Origin: a phage
DNA length: 64,000 bases
Strand: one strand, 5' to 3'
Sequence record: QB031383.1
Made by a program: the position numbers and the translations under genes. Of the stretch, positions 28,307 to 38,526 are shown in pieces. Every line of letters begins with the position of its first letter. Positions within the stretch are counted from its first letter, which is position 1. The notes beneath the pieces were generated by a model that made no database searches, was not told the origin of the DNA, and saw only the letters and a list, made by a program, of their open reading frames with translations.

Positions 28307-29794
28307 TTACACTCCATACTCGTAAGAAATGTTATCAAGGTCAAAAGAAGGGACAACATTATAAGCAGGAATTATATTATTCTCTGTATATTTACTGTCA
28401 TCCTCAGTATTAAGTTTAACATAAACACGAAGAGAAGTCAAGCGTCCAAAAGCAAGTGCTGCATAAATAACACCTTTGATTTGATCGTTCGTTACTGAAG
28501 AACCTAACTCAAAGTAAGCTTGCAGGTTTTGTAAAGCTTCTACGATGTTTTGTTTTTCTGTTCCACTTAAAGTTGTTCCGTTGACAGTTTGATAAACAAG
28601 TTTTACGGAATACATAGCAGAAGCACCAGGAGAGAAGCGAATAATTTCTTGTCCTCCATCTTCTGTTGTAACTGTTATGTTAGTTGTTCCGTGTGTCAAA
28701 GTGTTGATTGGTTTGGTTTTATAGATAACATTTGCAATTTCTTCTGCACTGCCACCATAAACTATAGTCTGGAAAGTCATAGCTGGAGCATGTTCTTGAT
28801 CATGTAATGTAGGGTTATCATAAATCTTCACCTTAGTAACACCATCTGTAAGTAGCAGGGCTTTCACAATAGCTGCTCGTGTCCCTGCGTTAGCTTCATC
28901 AACGTTGTCATTGAAACGAGAGCGGAATTCTGCGTCTGTCTCAACATCCCGACCAGGAGAAAATGAATAAAAGTTACCACTGTCAAGATAACCTGTAAAG
29001 GTAGAAGATATCCCTGTAATAGACTCCACACCAACAGGATTGTATCCTTTCTCTGCTGCAACTACTGGAATTTCACTCCATTTGGTTCCAACTGGAACAC
29101 TGGCATAAAATTTGATAGGAGTTACTAGTCCCACTGGAGTATCGCTGGTTAAAGAAGTAAAACCAATTGATAAGTTACCTGAATCAGAAAATACAAGACT
29201 ACGATCAGCTTCTGTTAAATTCGCCTTGATAAAAGTTTCAAGATCGGTTATAAATGTAGAAGAACCAGGTGCAAGTGTTTTACTGTTTAGTCCTCCATCC
29301 ACCGCACTTTGTGCATAAAAAGTAATATTTGGAACACCTGTAGCAGTTGCATTAGCACGAGAGATTTGATAAGCTGCAATCTTAGCATTCAACATAGTTG
29401 GTGTGCTAACATAGTAATTCATATCACTATCAGAGTTGAAGTAAATATCCGTGCCTAACTCATAAGTCCAAGCTGCTTTGTTATTACTCTTAACATAGGC
29501 ATAACCTGTACTTGCTGCTGCCCCTGCTCGATAGAAACCGCGTTTAGAAAAGATTTCGTCAAGATAAATACCTTCTGCACCATCCAGTGTTTGAGTATTA
29601 TAAACACCTTGCATACCTTCCCACAATGTGTAATCTGTGTATGCAATTATTCTAAACAGTTGTCCGATCACAGTATCTTCCGAAGTGGCTGCATCTGCAC
29701 CAAATGTGTTTTTTACTGCTGTCATATAATTGTTTAGAACATCGTCAAAAGTCGGGATTACAAATCCCGCATCTGTCAAACCATATTCGTCCAT
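28307..29794 (-). CDS. baseplate protein (J-like)
   Basis: 495 aa; position and N-terminus typical of baseplate J-family proteins (similarity judged by eye only). Confidence 0.45.
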   Translation of the reverse strand: MDEYGLTDAGFVIPTFDDVLNNYMTAVKNTFGADAATSEDTVIGQLFRIIAYTDYTLWEGMQGVYNTQTLDGAEGIYLDEIFSKRGFYRAGAAASTGYAYVKSNNKAAWTYELGTDIYFNSDSDMNYYVSTPTMLNAKIAAYQISRANATATGVPNITFYAQSAVDGGLNSKTLAPGSSTFITDLETFIKANLTEADRSLVFSDSGNLSIGFTSLTSDTPVGLVTPIKFYASVPVGTKWSEIPVVAAEKGYNPVGVESITGISSTFTGYLDSGNFYSFSPGRDVETDAEFRSRFNDNVDEANAGTRAAIVKALLLTDGVTKVKIYDNPTLHDQEHAPAMTFQTIVYGGSAEEIANVIYKTKPINTLTHGTTNITVTTEDGGQEIIRFSPGASAMYSVKLVYQTVNGTTLSGTEKQNIVEALQNLQAYFELGSSVTNDQIKGVIYAALAFGRLTSLRVYVKLNTEDDSKYTENNIIPAYNVVPSFDLDNISYEYGV

Positions 29795-30036
29795 TAGTCA
29801 TCCTCTTTGGTAGATTGTGATCTGCCCCAACGTAAATCAATAAGATTTTTCATGAGGCGAGAAGGGGTTATCATGAAAACAAAAGCCCAACCCATCCATT
29901 CAGGAATTTCTTTTTCTATTCCTAAAAAGATAAACATGCCTGTCATAACAGACATGCCTACAGCGTTCCAAACTTTAGTAGAACTAACCTTATTCTCAGG
30001 ATATGTACAAAACATCCCACGTAAAAATTTTTTCAT
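29794..30036 (-). CDS. small membrane protein (two predicted TM segments)
   Basis: 80 aa; hydrophobic stretches VMTGMFIFLGI and WMGWAFVFMI; charged C-terminus. Confidence 0.4.
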   Translation of the reverse strand: MKKFLRGMFCTYPENKVSSTKVWNAVGMSVMTGMFIFLGIEKEIPEWMGWAFVFMITPSRLMKNLIDLRWGRSQSTKEDD

Positions 30037-30038
30037 AG

Positions 30039-31634
30039 TTACACCGAAGGTGCATAAACACCGTTAAAGTTAATTGAAATACCGGAAGATTGTAGGTTAG
30101 CAGGAGTAATTAGCAAATCTTTAAGTGTAACAACCACCCAAGGGTTATTGTCCGCTTTATCACAATAAACTCTTGTCACTGTGTCAGACGGAGCATTCAC
30201 AGATACACTTGCTACAGTCATTGATCCATCATTGGAAGCGTAGTATGTAGCAGACGGCATTGACCTGGTGCGCCCATGTGTTATCTCGACGGCCCCAGGT
30301 TTGATAACAGAAACAGAGATATTATTACTCATCCATGCTGGGGGAACAGCACCGGATATAGGAGGTCTTCCATAACGGATCTCACCTGTGGTAGTATTAA
30401 CAAGGAAAGAAACGTCAGCATACGCAGTAATTTTTAATGTGAATGCATTTCCAACTTTAAGCGGCTCCGCGTAAGCTCTAACCCCTGTTAGAGATGTAAC
30501 CCTATCGACACCAGCGGTAGCATAGAACCAGTTTTCTGCATTGTCTGCAATTTCTACAGAAAAATACTCCTCGGAATCAGCAACAACTAACTTATGAGCA
30601 TTGGATATTTTCCATTCACTGTTTGTGTCTTTAGATAAAAGAACCCATTTAGCTTTATCATTACTGTATTTAATAGTACCAGCGACTAATTTTGATCTTG
30701 TCCAAGGCGGGGCAAAATTTGAATATTGCGCTAAATCGGTTGAGGTTTTATTACTCGCCCCTCCTTTGACTATAGACCATAACCCCCTAGCACCTTCTCG
30801 CCCCATCGTATTGTAACCACGTTGTGTATAATGGACGCCTCCATCGTAAGTGCCAATATTGCCATCACCTTTTAAAAATGAAGGACAACCATCAAATACT
30901 GTCACAGCCTCAGTTTTGTTATTACAAACCCATCTTTGTGCATTTTGAATAGCAGCCCATGATTCTTCCGTTCGGTTCCCAGGGCAACCAACGGTAAAAT
31001 TACCAAATAAATCAAAATTAATATCGGCTTTCAGGTCATCTATCAAAGCTATAAAGCGATCTCTATAAGCATTGTATGTGGTTCCTGATGACATATCCGT
31101 CTCACCCTGATGGAACAATACGTATGTTTTACCGACAGTCAGACCAGCGGCAACCATTGCCTGTTTAGCTGCTACTACAGCGTCCACCAACAGCGAGTAA
31201 TATGTTGTCCCTTTTGATAGCTGTGTTATCGACGTTGCGCCACGGCCACAATGAACAACAACAGAACCTCTCCCACTAAGAGCATACCATTCGTTAGTAA
31301 AAGCGCCCCATGCATGACCAGAAGATGCAACTCCAGAAGAACTTACAATAGCTTGTATGATTGGTTTTATTGTCTTATCCCCAAAGTCATACATACGAGA
31401 CATGGGGGAGGCTGCTGGAAAACCTGAAACATCTCCAGACAACACAGCCTCACCTGCGCTATTGGATTGCCCGTAAGTGACAAACACGTCATATACAACA
31501 TCTTGTATTAAACCTTGATCCTTTAGAAGAGATTTGACAGATGTTTTAACCGTTTGTGAAGGTTGCTCCACAATTAAGTAATCTGTATCAGCCACTTTCG
31601 TGGCTGTTGGTAATGCAGAAATAGTCTTGGACAT
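30039..31634 (-). CDS. tail fiber/tailspike with SGNH-hydrolase (sialate-O-acetylesterase-like) domain
   Basis: 531 aa; SGNH block I VTYGQSNSAGE and block V DGGVHYT; N-terminus resembles tail-fiber attachment region. Confidence 0.5.
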   Translation of the reverse strand: MSKTISALPTATKVADTDYLIVEQPSQTVKTSVKSLLKDQGLIQDVVYDVFVTYGQSNSAGEAVLSGDVSGFPAASPMSRMYDFGDKTIKPIIQAIVSSSGVASSGHAWGAFTNEWYALSGRGSVVVHCGRGATSITQLSKGTTYYSLLVDAVVAAKQAMVAAGLTVGKTYVLFHQGETDMSSGTTYNAYRDRFIALIDDLKADINFDLFGNFTVGCPGNRTEESWAAIQNAQRWVCNNKTEAVTVFDGCPSFLKGDGNIGTYDGGVHYTQRGYNTMGREGARGLWSIVKGGASNKTSTDLAQYSNFAPPWTRSKLVAGTIKYSNDKAKWVLLSKDTNSEWKISNAHKLVVADSEEYFSVEIADNAENWFYATAGVDRVTSLTGVRAYAEPLKVGNAFTLKITAYADVSFLVNTTTGEIRYGRPPISGAVPPAWMSNNISVSVIKPGAVEITHGRTRSMPSATYYASNDGSMTVASVSVNAPSDTVTRVYCDKADNNPWVVVTLKDLLITPANLQSSGISINFNGVYAPSV

Positions 31635-31643
31635 TGGGACTCC

Positions 31644-33806
31644 TTAATCATAATATTTTTGAAGTGTAACAATACTCTCACCAGATAGGGTAAGAATATC
31701 TTCGTTGCTTAGAGTAACTAGTTGTTGTTGGGTTGGGGCATCCCCATTCCAAACCGTATCTTGTAAATAAACGTTCAAAGGCACGTTACCCATATAGAAA
31801 ACTTGGGATTGAGAATTAACTACCGTGATGGAATCGTGCATTATTTGAGGATAGGCCCATATATATTGTGTAAGTCCATTGAACTTATTGGCGTTCAACA
31901 CTATGTTACCTATAATCATCTTCCAAAGATATGTGCGGTAGTTTGATTCAGGATCAAAGCCATACAAAGGTGCAAGAGTAGCATCTGGAACAAAACCTGA
32001 AAGGTAGTGAATATCAGAATATTCAAAGCCTAATTTTTCATGTGGTATGGTAATTGCATCAAATGCTTTCATCATTTTACCTTCCAGAAGCCAGTCGTAA
32101 CACTCTGAACAATAAAAATCAAAAGTTTCAGGAATGTAGTAATCAGACGGAAAGTTAACTTTCTCCATCAAACCGTTGCCGATAATTGATGGTAAGAACG
32201 GAAGCAATGTTACTTTAGCTCCAGGATAAGTTGCTCTGGTGTCTGTTGCAAACTTTGTAACTCTTAACCCTAGTTTACGAGACAAAAATGCATAATATTC
32301 GTCAAATGGTGTTCCTGTTTTATAATTATCTATTGTTCCTGCATCTTGTGCAAATAAGCCTGTTTCTGTATTGAATGCTAGTTTGGTAGTGTAATCATAT
32401 ATACAAGGCATTTTACTTGCTGTATTATACCACCACCAAGGTTCACCAATTTGAATGACGACTGGAATATTGTTAGCTTGAGAAATAGATGCTATTTTGT
32501 TAATAACATTTTGCAAATATTCCATACCTTCATCAATTGTTGGAGATAACACATAACTAGGCGGCTCATAACCTGTTGCTGCAAGAGCATCGTTCCAATC
32601 ATGTTGAACCCATTCTACAGGACAAACTGTGCTCATCAACTCAAAACTCAAAGAGTTCATTATTGTGTAGCCATTTTCATTAGCTATAGAATGGAAACTG
32701 TTAAGCCAAGCTTCTGTAGCCGGATTCAGGAAAACAGATCTATTTAAAGCCCAAGATGTTCCGTTCCATGAGAACTCATAATAGTGAGACATTCCGTTGT
32801 AATGGTTAATCATTCCACGATAACCTAGTGCATATGTATTATAAATAACTCTCTCTGGAGTCAGGTTATACATATCATCATAAGATGTGCACATGCGAAT
32901 ATCATGTTCAGGCTGGACAAGGTTGCTGACTTTCATCATACTATAACCAGAGGTAGGTTCAAGAAGAGTGAAAGTAAACCAAGCCTCTTGACTGTCAATA
33001 GGTACAACCTCTTCTATTTCTTCATACCTTGCTGTAATCAAAGAGAAGAAAATATTATCTACAGCACTCATATCCAAAGGAATATCATTATTAGGGCCAG
33101 AAAAGATATTACCAAAATCTAACTTGATTGTAGCTGTTTTACCATCTTCTGAAATATCCGAAGCGTAGAATCCTAAACTGACATAATGAACACTTTTATC
33201 CAGGAGAGTTACAGTCAAAGTCGGCACCAAAGGTTCTTCTTTAAAACCTGGCATGTTTTGACTAATTTCCATTTTAAACCAAAGTTTCTCTGAACTTAAA
33301 TCTGTGTGGGGCAAATACCCAACACCTTTATGGTCATATTTGTCAACTGTGCTCCAGATAACCCCTGCCAAACCTGCTGTTGTTCTGTTTACAAATCTTG
33401 CAGTAAAAGAGTCTCCATGAGATACAATAGAACAACTTTCCGTTGCTTGAGAATCTATTGTCCAATACATAGGAGAGAACATTTTAACGTCTTTTGTAGT
33501 CCAAGTTATTGGAGTGGTATTTTCTTGGATAGTAGTTATAATACAATTGATGGTTGTTTCAACCATCATATTATTTTGACTAATCCCTGAAACTTGGAGG
33601 GAGAAGTTAAGATCTATTGAGTTCTTTGGTCGTTCAAATACTTCAACCACAATGGTAGCAGAATCAGCATCATCAGGGAACACAAGTGTTCCCGATTTTG
33701 CTATATAATCTCTACCAGCGACTGCTGTTCCATCAACAGTCGTGTAGTTAAATGAACTCGCATTTACTCTCTTGTCTCGCGTGACAGTAAATATAGCTTG
33801 TTTCAT
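31644..33806 (-). CDS. large tail-associated protein
   Basis: 720 aa ORF in tail fiber block. Confidence 0.45.
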   Translation of the reverse strand: MKQAIFTVTRDKRVNASSFNYTTVDGTAVAGRDYIAKSGTLVFPDDADSATIVVEVFERPKNSIDLNFSLQVSGISQNNMMVETTINCIITTIQENTTPITWTTKDVKMFSPMYWTIDSQATESCSIVSHGDSFTARFVNRTTAGLAGVIWSTVDKYDHKGVGYLPHTDLSSEKLWFKMEISQNMPGFKEEPLVPTLTVTLLDKSVHYVSLGFYASDISEDGKTATIKLDFGNIFSGPNNDIPLDMSAVDNIFFSLITARYEEIEEVVPIDSQEAWFTFTLLEPTSGYSMMKVSNLVQPEHDIRMCTSYDDMYNLTPERVIYNTYALGYRGMINHYNGMSHYYEFSWNGTSWALNRSVFLNPATEAWLNSFHSIANENGYTIMNSLSFELMSTVCPVEWVQHDWNDALAATGYEPPSYVLSPTIDEGMEYLQNVINKIASISQANNIPVVIQIGEPWWWYNTASKMPCIYDYTTKLAFNTETGLFAQDAGTIDNYKTGTPFDEYYAFLSRKLGLRVTKFATDTRATYPGAKVTLLPFLPSIIGNGLMEKVNFPSDYYIPETFDFYCSECYDWLLEGKMMKAFDAITIPHEKLGFEYSDIHYLSGFVPDATLAPLYGFDPESNYRTYLWKMIIGNIVLNANKFNGLTQYIWAYPQIMHDSITVVNSQSQVFYMGNVPLNVYLQDTVWNGDAPTQQQLVTLSNEDILTLSGESIVTLQKYYD

Positions 33807-33814
33807 TTTACCCC

Positions 33815-36691
33815 TTACTCGGTAACGTCCACACTAATGTTTGCCATTGTCAAAACAGTAAGTGCAGGAATATTGCTCGAATCCAAAACAGGTAATGCAT
33901 TTTGGGGATTAAGTTTTTTGTATAAGGCATACAACCCAAAACCACGTAACAACTCTCCAGCGTGGAAGCCAAAGAAGACTCCGTTATCACTGTCTGGTCT
34001 AGGAGCAGCACTCCAACAACCATTCATAACGTGATTAGGACCAAGAACAATATAATTTTCCTGAATAAGTTCAAAACAGCGATCTGCTACTATTTTAATG
34101 TTAGGAATTTCTGAATCATATCCAGCCATCCCCATTATAGCACATCCCGCCATAAAGAGCGCAGACATGTGACTTGTAAAGTCATCTACAGGCGCAGCCA
34201 CTTCTCCATTGGGATAAAATATTGTTGGTGTTCTTCCTTCGTTGTTGTCTTGGAACCACTTCAGATAGTTGATCCAGTTTTTACAAACTGTTAAAAGTTT
34301 TTCAGGAACTTCTGCTCCTCGTTGTTTCAGTTCGTATACTGTATGACACGCACAGAAGAATGCTCGTGCTTCATAACCATCCCAAGCTTTATCGTTCCAA
34401 TGATACATTGTGAACTCATTCTTGTTTCCGTATTTATGAGCATCCCAACGATCCCAAACATAAGCTTGTGCCATTGGCCCAGGCATCACAGGGGCAAACT
34501 TATTATAAAACCACATTTGTGAATCATATAAAAAGTCTATACTGTTGTTCATACGAACCCAGTCAATATCTCTCCCTTTAAAACAATATAAGGATGGGTA
34601 TTGATAACCTGGGTAAGGAATACCACGCCAACCATCATATAATGCTGTATTAGGATCGCTGATATTGGAAAATGGAATGATTCCTGGAGTATAATTCAAA
34701 CTATCAAGTTTGTAGTCCAGTATCGTACAATCTCCAAGTTTTGCTGTATAAGGCTTTTCAGATGAAACTGTAACCCTGAAGTACATTGTGTAATCATCGC
34801 CAGTGGCTGAAGAATACAAAGATGGGATATCGTTAACGCAATAAAAGTCGATTGCCCCTGTCAAACCATTTGTAGGTTCAGAATCCAATGCAATGTTAAT
34901 CTGATCAACAGCAGTCAGGTTTATTGACGAAGGTTTTGTCTCTGTGTCATTGTGATTAGGTTGCCAAGTACTTAATTTGAAATCAGCAGGACTTAAAGCT
35001 TTAGTAACCCATGCAGAATTTGTTTTTTCTAACATGGCCCACCATCTCCAACCTGCGGAATCCGTAATAGTGATGTTAAAATCATCTGCGTATGAACGAT
35101 ATGTAATAGATTTTAAATTGGTTGTTTTAGTTGGTGTTAACCAAAATCCAATAGTAAAACCACCATCTGAATCCATATTGGCAGAAACTATCTGATCACT
35201 ATTTGTCCCAGCAATACCAGTTGCATATTTATATTGTATCACAGTATTGCTTCCCCAGTCAACAATGATTCTAGGTTCAGCAATAATATATACACCACCT
35301 CCAGGAGGTTCAGTGCGCATAAAACTGGATAAAGGTATATCCATCTTAGTCATATTAGCTGCACCAAGAGGTAAGCCACAACGATATGTCACTGTGTCTG
35401 TTTCACTCTTAGTCTTGCTTAATTCTAACTCTGGACGGAAAAGAACACCTTCCCCTGCATCATCTACACCTTGAAACTCAATACGCAGTTTTGAATTCTG
35501 ATCCACTCTGAACCAAACTGCCTGTTGTTCTAGAGTTGTTTGTGCTGCAACATCTTGGCGAATTACTGTGTATCCTAACTCGTCACGAGAATATTTAGGT
35601 ATTGCTGTAGATGGGTATGAGTAATCATATGAGATACCATCTGTAAAAGGAATTATTGCTGTCGTAGATCTACGGAAGAATTTATCAAACATATCGATGT
35701 TTGAGTAGTCTTGACACAACAATAAAGAAGATTGCCAGCAAAGCCAGTATTTTCTCTCTCCTGTGATCTGATACATCAAGTAGTTTGCATCACACCACCA
35801 CGTTTCAGCATCGGAAGCATTATCTTGATAACCTAACTCTACCGGAACGTTTACAGGACGGTTATGCCACATCTCATTACGTTTAAGTAGATACCCACCG
35901 TGTTCTACAGGGTTGCATGTAGCGTAGTTGAATTTATAGTCACCGTTCACAGAAGCGTTTTTAAGTTGCACTGTTCCATATTCTGCAAAGCTATGACCAG
36001 TAGATAAAATGTTACCATCCCAGTCAACTTTACGTCCTAGACGATCTATAATCCATTCAACGTCCCACTGATCTCCATATTCTTTCCAGTTGGTTGAACC
36101 ATCTGGGTTAGTTGCATACACTGTTGCGTTAACAGAGTTCCAACCAAGATTACCATTGAAAGCAAACCAAGCTTTATCTAAGTATTCTCCCCAGTGTGGC
36201 GCACCTTTAGGAATAACAGTCCTTCCGTTAATCCAAGTCATCATGCTACCTTTGAACCCACCGTGCGTAGGATACCCATCATCTGTGAGAGGGTAGTGTG
36301 CTAAACGTGGTTCTTTACCATTGATGATCCAGTTGGGACGATACTTAGCTGGAGGATCAGGAATAGGTTGGCCCCCGAAGAAGTGATCTATATAGGCTTG
36401 CCAATACTTCTCGGCAGATTCAAGATATTTTTTATCCCCTGTAGCCAAATATGCATAAGCAAAACCAGTGATAAGCACAGATTGACCTTCGGTAGTAGCG
36501 TCACCGTTTGGTTGCCCTTCCTGCGCTGTCCAGTTAATAAAGTGTCTGTTGTTCGCCAATACGTTTTGTGGGTTGATAATGTAATGCTGAACCGTAGGAT
36601 CTATGGTAAGCCCAGTATTTCTTTCCAAAAACTGAACCAACCCTTCAATCAACTGAAACGTGTTGTCAATATTGTGCTTAACTCTTGACAT
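33815..36691 (-). CDS. large tail-associated protein, possibly glycoside-hydrolase-like
   Basis: 958 aa; Trp/Tyr-rich segments suggestive of an alpha/alpha-toroid carbohydrate-active fold (weak). Confidence 0.4.
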   Translation of the reverse strand: MSRVKHNIDNTFQLIEGLVQFLERNTGLTIDPTVQHYIINPQNVLANNRHFINWTAQEGQPNGDATTEGQSVLITGFAYAYLATGDKKYLESAEKYWQAYIDHFFGGQPIPDPPAKYRPNWIINGKEPRLAHYPLTDDGYPTHGGFKGSMMTWINGRTVIPKGAPHWGEYLDKAWFAFNGNLGWNSVNATVYATNPDGSTNWKEYGDQWDVEWIIDRLGRKVDWDGNILSTGHSFAEYGTVQLKNASVNGDYKFNYATCNPVEHGGYLLKRNEMWHNRPVNVPVELGYQDNASDAETWWCDANYLMYQITGERKYWLCWQSSLLLCQDYSNIDMFDKFFRRSTTAIIPFTDGISYDYSYPSTAIPKYSRDELGYTVIRQDVAAQTTLEQQAVWFRVDQNSKLRIEFQGVDDAGEGVLFRPELELSKTKSETDTVTYRCGLPLGAANMTKMDIPLSSFMRTEPPGGGVYIIAEPRIIVDWGSNTVIQYKYATGIAGTNSDQIVSANMDSDGGFTIGFWLTPTKTTNLKSITYRSYADDFNITITDSAGWRWWAMLEKTNSAWVTKALSPADFKLSTWQPNHNDTETKPSSINLTAVDQINIALDSEPTNGLTGAIDFYCVNDIPSLYSSATGDDYTMYFRVTVSSEKPYTAKLGDCTILDYKLDSLNYTPGIIPFSNISDPNTALYDGWRGIPYPGYQYPSLYCFKGRDIDWVRMNNSIDFLYDSQMWFYNKFAPVMPGPMAQAYVWDRWDAHKYGNKNEFTMYHWNDKAWDGYEARAFFCACHTVYELKQRGAEVPEKLLTVCKNWINYLKWFQDNNEGRTPTIFYPNGEVAAPVDDFTSHMSALFMAGCAIMGMAGYDSEIPNIKIVADRCFELIQENYIVLGPNHVMNGCWSAAPRPDSDNGVFFGFHAGELLRGFGLYALYKKLNPQNALPVLDSSNIPALTVLTMANISVDVTE

Positions 36692-37164
36692 TAAATAACT
36701 CCTGCTAAAACTAAGCTACCTGTCCAAGTTGCACCATTATCATAACTGATAAACTCAAAAGTGTCTGTTGCACCTTGACGATAACTTAAAACTGGGGAAC
36801 GACCAAAACTCCATTTTACAGAAGAAGGCCATACGACTTTATTTGCACCACTTCCTTGACGCAAAGCTAAAGTAAAGTTTAAAACTGCATTTGTTGCTAC
36901 TGGAATATTAGTAAAACTAATTGTGCACGTTGCAGAAGATAAAGTTGCTGAAAAATATTCTGCTGAACTAATATCTAATGCCAGGGTGCTAGTTACTGTT
37001 CCCCGTGCATTCAAACGGTTTCTAGTTACTCCTGCACCACTCAACAGCACTTTCAAAGAAGTTTTCTTTGTTATTCCAGCCTGATCTGTTACAAAGAAAT
37101 CTGTATCAGACACAGAGGTTGTTTGTGTAAGATCAGAAACTTTGATCGTAGTTAAATCTGCCAT
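36691..37164 (-). CDS. hypothetical structural protein
   Basis: 157 aa ORF, stop/start overlap with neighbours. Confidence 0.4.
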   Translation of the reverse strand: MADLTTIKVSDLTQTTSVSDTDFFVTDQAGITKKTSLKVLLSGAGVTRNRLNARGTVTSTLALDISSAEYFSATLSSATCTISFTNIPVATNAVLNFTLALRQGSGANKVVWPSSVKWSFGRSPVLSYRQGATDTFEFISYDNGATWTGSLVLAGVI

Positions 37165-37790
37165 TACTCTTCTACTCCTGTCATAGCTGTTATACCGAAA
37201 TTATTGTTTGTAGCTAATGCATCACCTTTTTCGTTAACCATGATTCTTTCCACTGCTGACTCTGTAGACCATTCATTCCACCAAGTAGAGTAGGTATCAC
37301 GTGGCAAACCAACAAAGTTGATAAAGCGATAAAGTCTATTCGAATTCTCAACAATACTGTAAGCTTCGCAAGTGATCGCTGCATTGTCTTCACCAGCTTC
37401 AGGGTAAATAAACTCTTCAGAAGGTTGAGTATTGAATATAGATGTTACTGTATCTGCTCCAACTGTGACCATAACTGTCATTGAGTAATAACGTTGGTCC
37501 ATGTCATAAGCAGATTTATAACTGTTTATTGTATCAATGTAAACGTTTTTGGCAATCTCTGCTAAAAATATTCTGTCTACAATATCTTTCTTTCTGGCAA
37601 CACCAATAATCTCTTGTAAGTAAGGAACACCGAAGTTAGTATTTAAAAACCACTCCCCACGATACGTGTTCAGAGTTATCCCAAGAGTTTGTGCTGCAAT
37701 TTCTGTTCTGGTTGTGGTGAGGACCAAATCCCCATCATCCATGATGAGGTCGTTGTTTGGCCCAAGTTTTAAGTCAAAAGGGATTCCCAT
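37164..37790 (-). CDS. baseplate protein
   Basis: 208 aa; block GEWFLNTNFGVPY resembles conserved baseplate-protein motifs. Confidence 0.45.
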   Translation of the reverse strand: MGIPFDLKLGPNNDLIMDDGDLVLTTTRTEIAAQTLGITLNTYRGEWFLNTNFGVPYLQEIIGVARKKDIVDRIFLAEIAKNVYIDTINSYKSAYDMDQRYYSMTVMVTVGADTVTSIFNTQPSEEFIYPEAGEDNAAITCEAYSIVENSNRLYRFINFVGLPRDTYSTWWNEWSTESAVERIMVNEKGDALATNNNFGITAMTGVEE

Positions 37791-37791
37791 G

Positions 37792-38526
37792 TTAGGCTCC
37801 TGTTGGTTTTAAGGACTCGGCACTTGAGTTACCGCTCTGAATGTTACGAACCGTGTGCGTGTGAGTATGGAATCCGATGCCATTGCCATCTGTCATCAAA
37901 CCGTTCTGATCTATTTTAAGACCATTGATATCTGCTACGCCGCCTTTGAAAGTTAAATTACCACCTTTTAGATCCAAAGTCCCTGTGCCATCTGTAATAG
38001 TAATACCGGAGGTAGTAATGTCTATTTTCATCCCTTGACTATTCCATATTGAAATATTACCTGTAGGGTCGAAAGAAGCGTACGTGTTTTTGTTATTAGA
38101 AATAACTACCTTTTCAGAATCTACAGCTTCTGTTGAATCTGTTCCTGTAGCTATTTTGGGAATAAAACAAATAGGGTATAATCCACAAGGCTGCATAAAA
38201 GTAGATGATGAAGAGGTTTCTCCACTAGTTTGCAGTGCATTAGAAGGATCTCTTTCAGAAAATATAACAGTTCCTAAATCGCCAGCTTTAATAGGGAATG
38301 AGATTCTTCCTGTCCCACCCCCATTAACCATAAAAGGAACATCTTCAAAAGTAGGATAATCTATTTCATCTTCACTAGATCGTGTGTTTTTAACAATAGA
38401 TTCTAAAGTGACAGTTTTAGCACCATAATTAACGCCAGTCACACGGACTGGCAGGGCTGTATGGACTTCTGCTAATTGTTCTGTCATTAAGCCACGCATT
38501 GCTGTGACAAAATTCAATGCATCCAT
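37792..38526 (-). CDS. baseplate spike/hub protein (gpV-like)
   Basis: 244 aa; N-terminal OB-fold-like region (LPVRVTGVNYGAKTVTLES...IKAGDLGTVIFSERD) as in baseplate assembly protein V. Confidence 0.5.
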   Translation of the reverse strand: MDALNFVTAMRGLMTEQLAEVHTALPVRVTGVNYGAKTVTLESIVKNTRSSEDEIDYPTFEDVPFMVNGGGTGRISFPIKAGDLGTVIFSERDPSNALQTSGETSSSSTFMQPCGLYPICFIPKIATGTDSTEAVDSEKVVISNNKNTYASFDPTGNISIWNSQGMKIDITTSGITITDGTGTLDLKGGNLTFKGGVADINGLKIDQNGLMTDGNGIGFHTHTHTVRNIQSGNSSAESLKPTGA

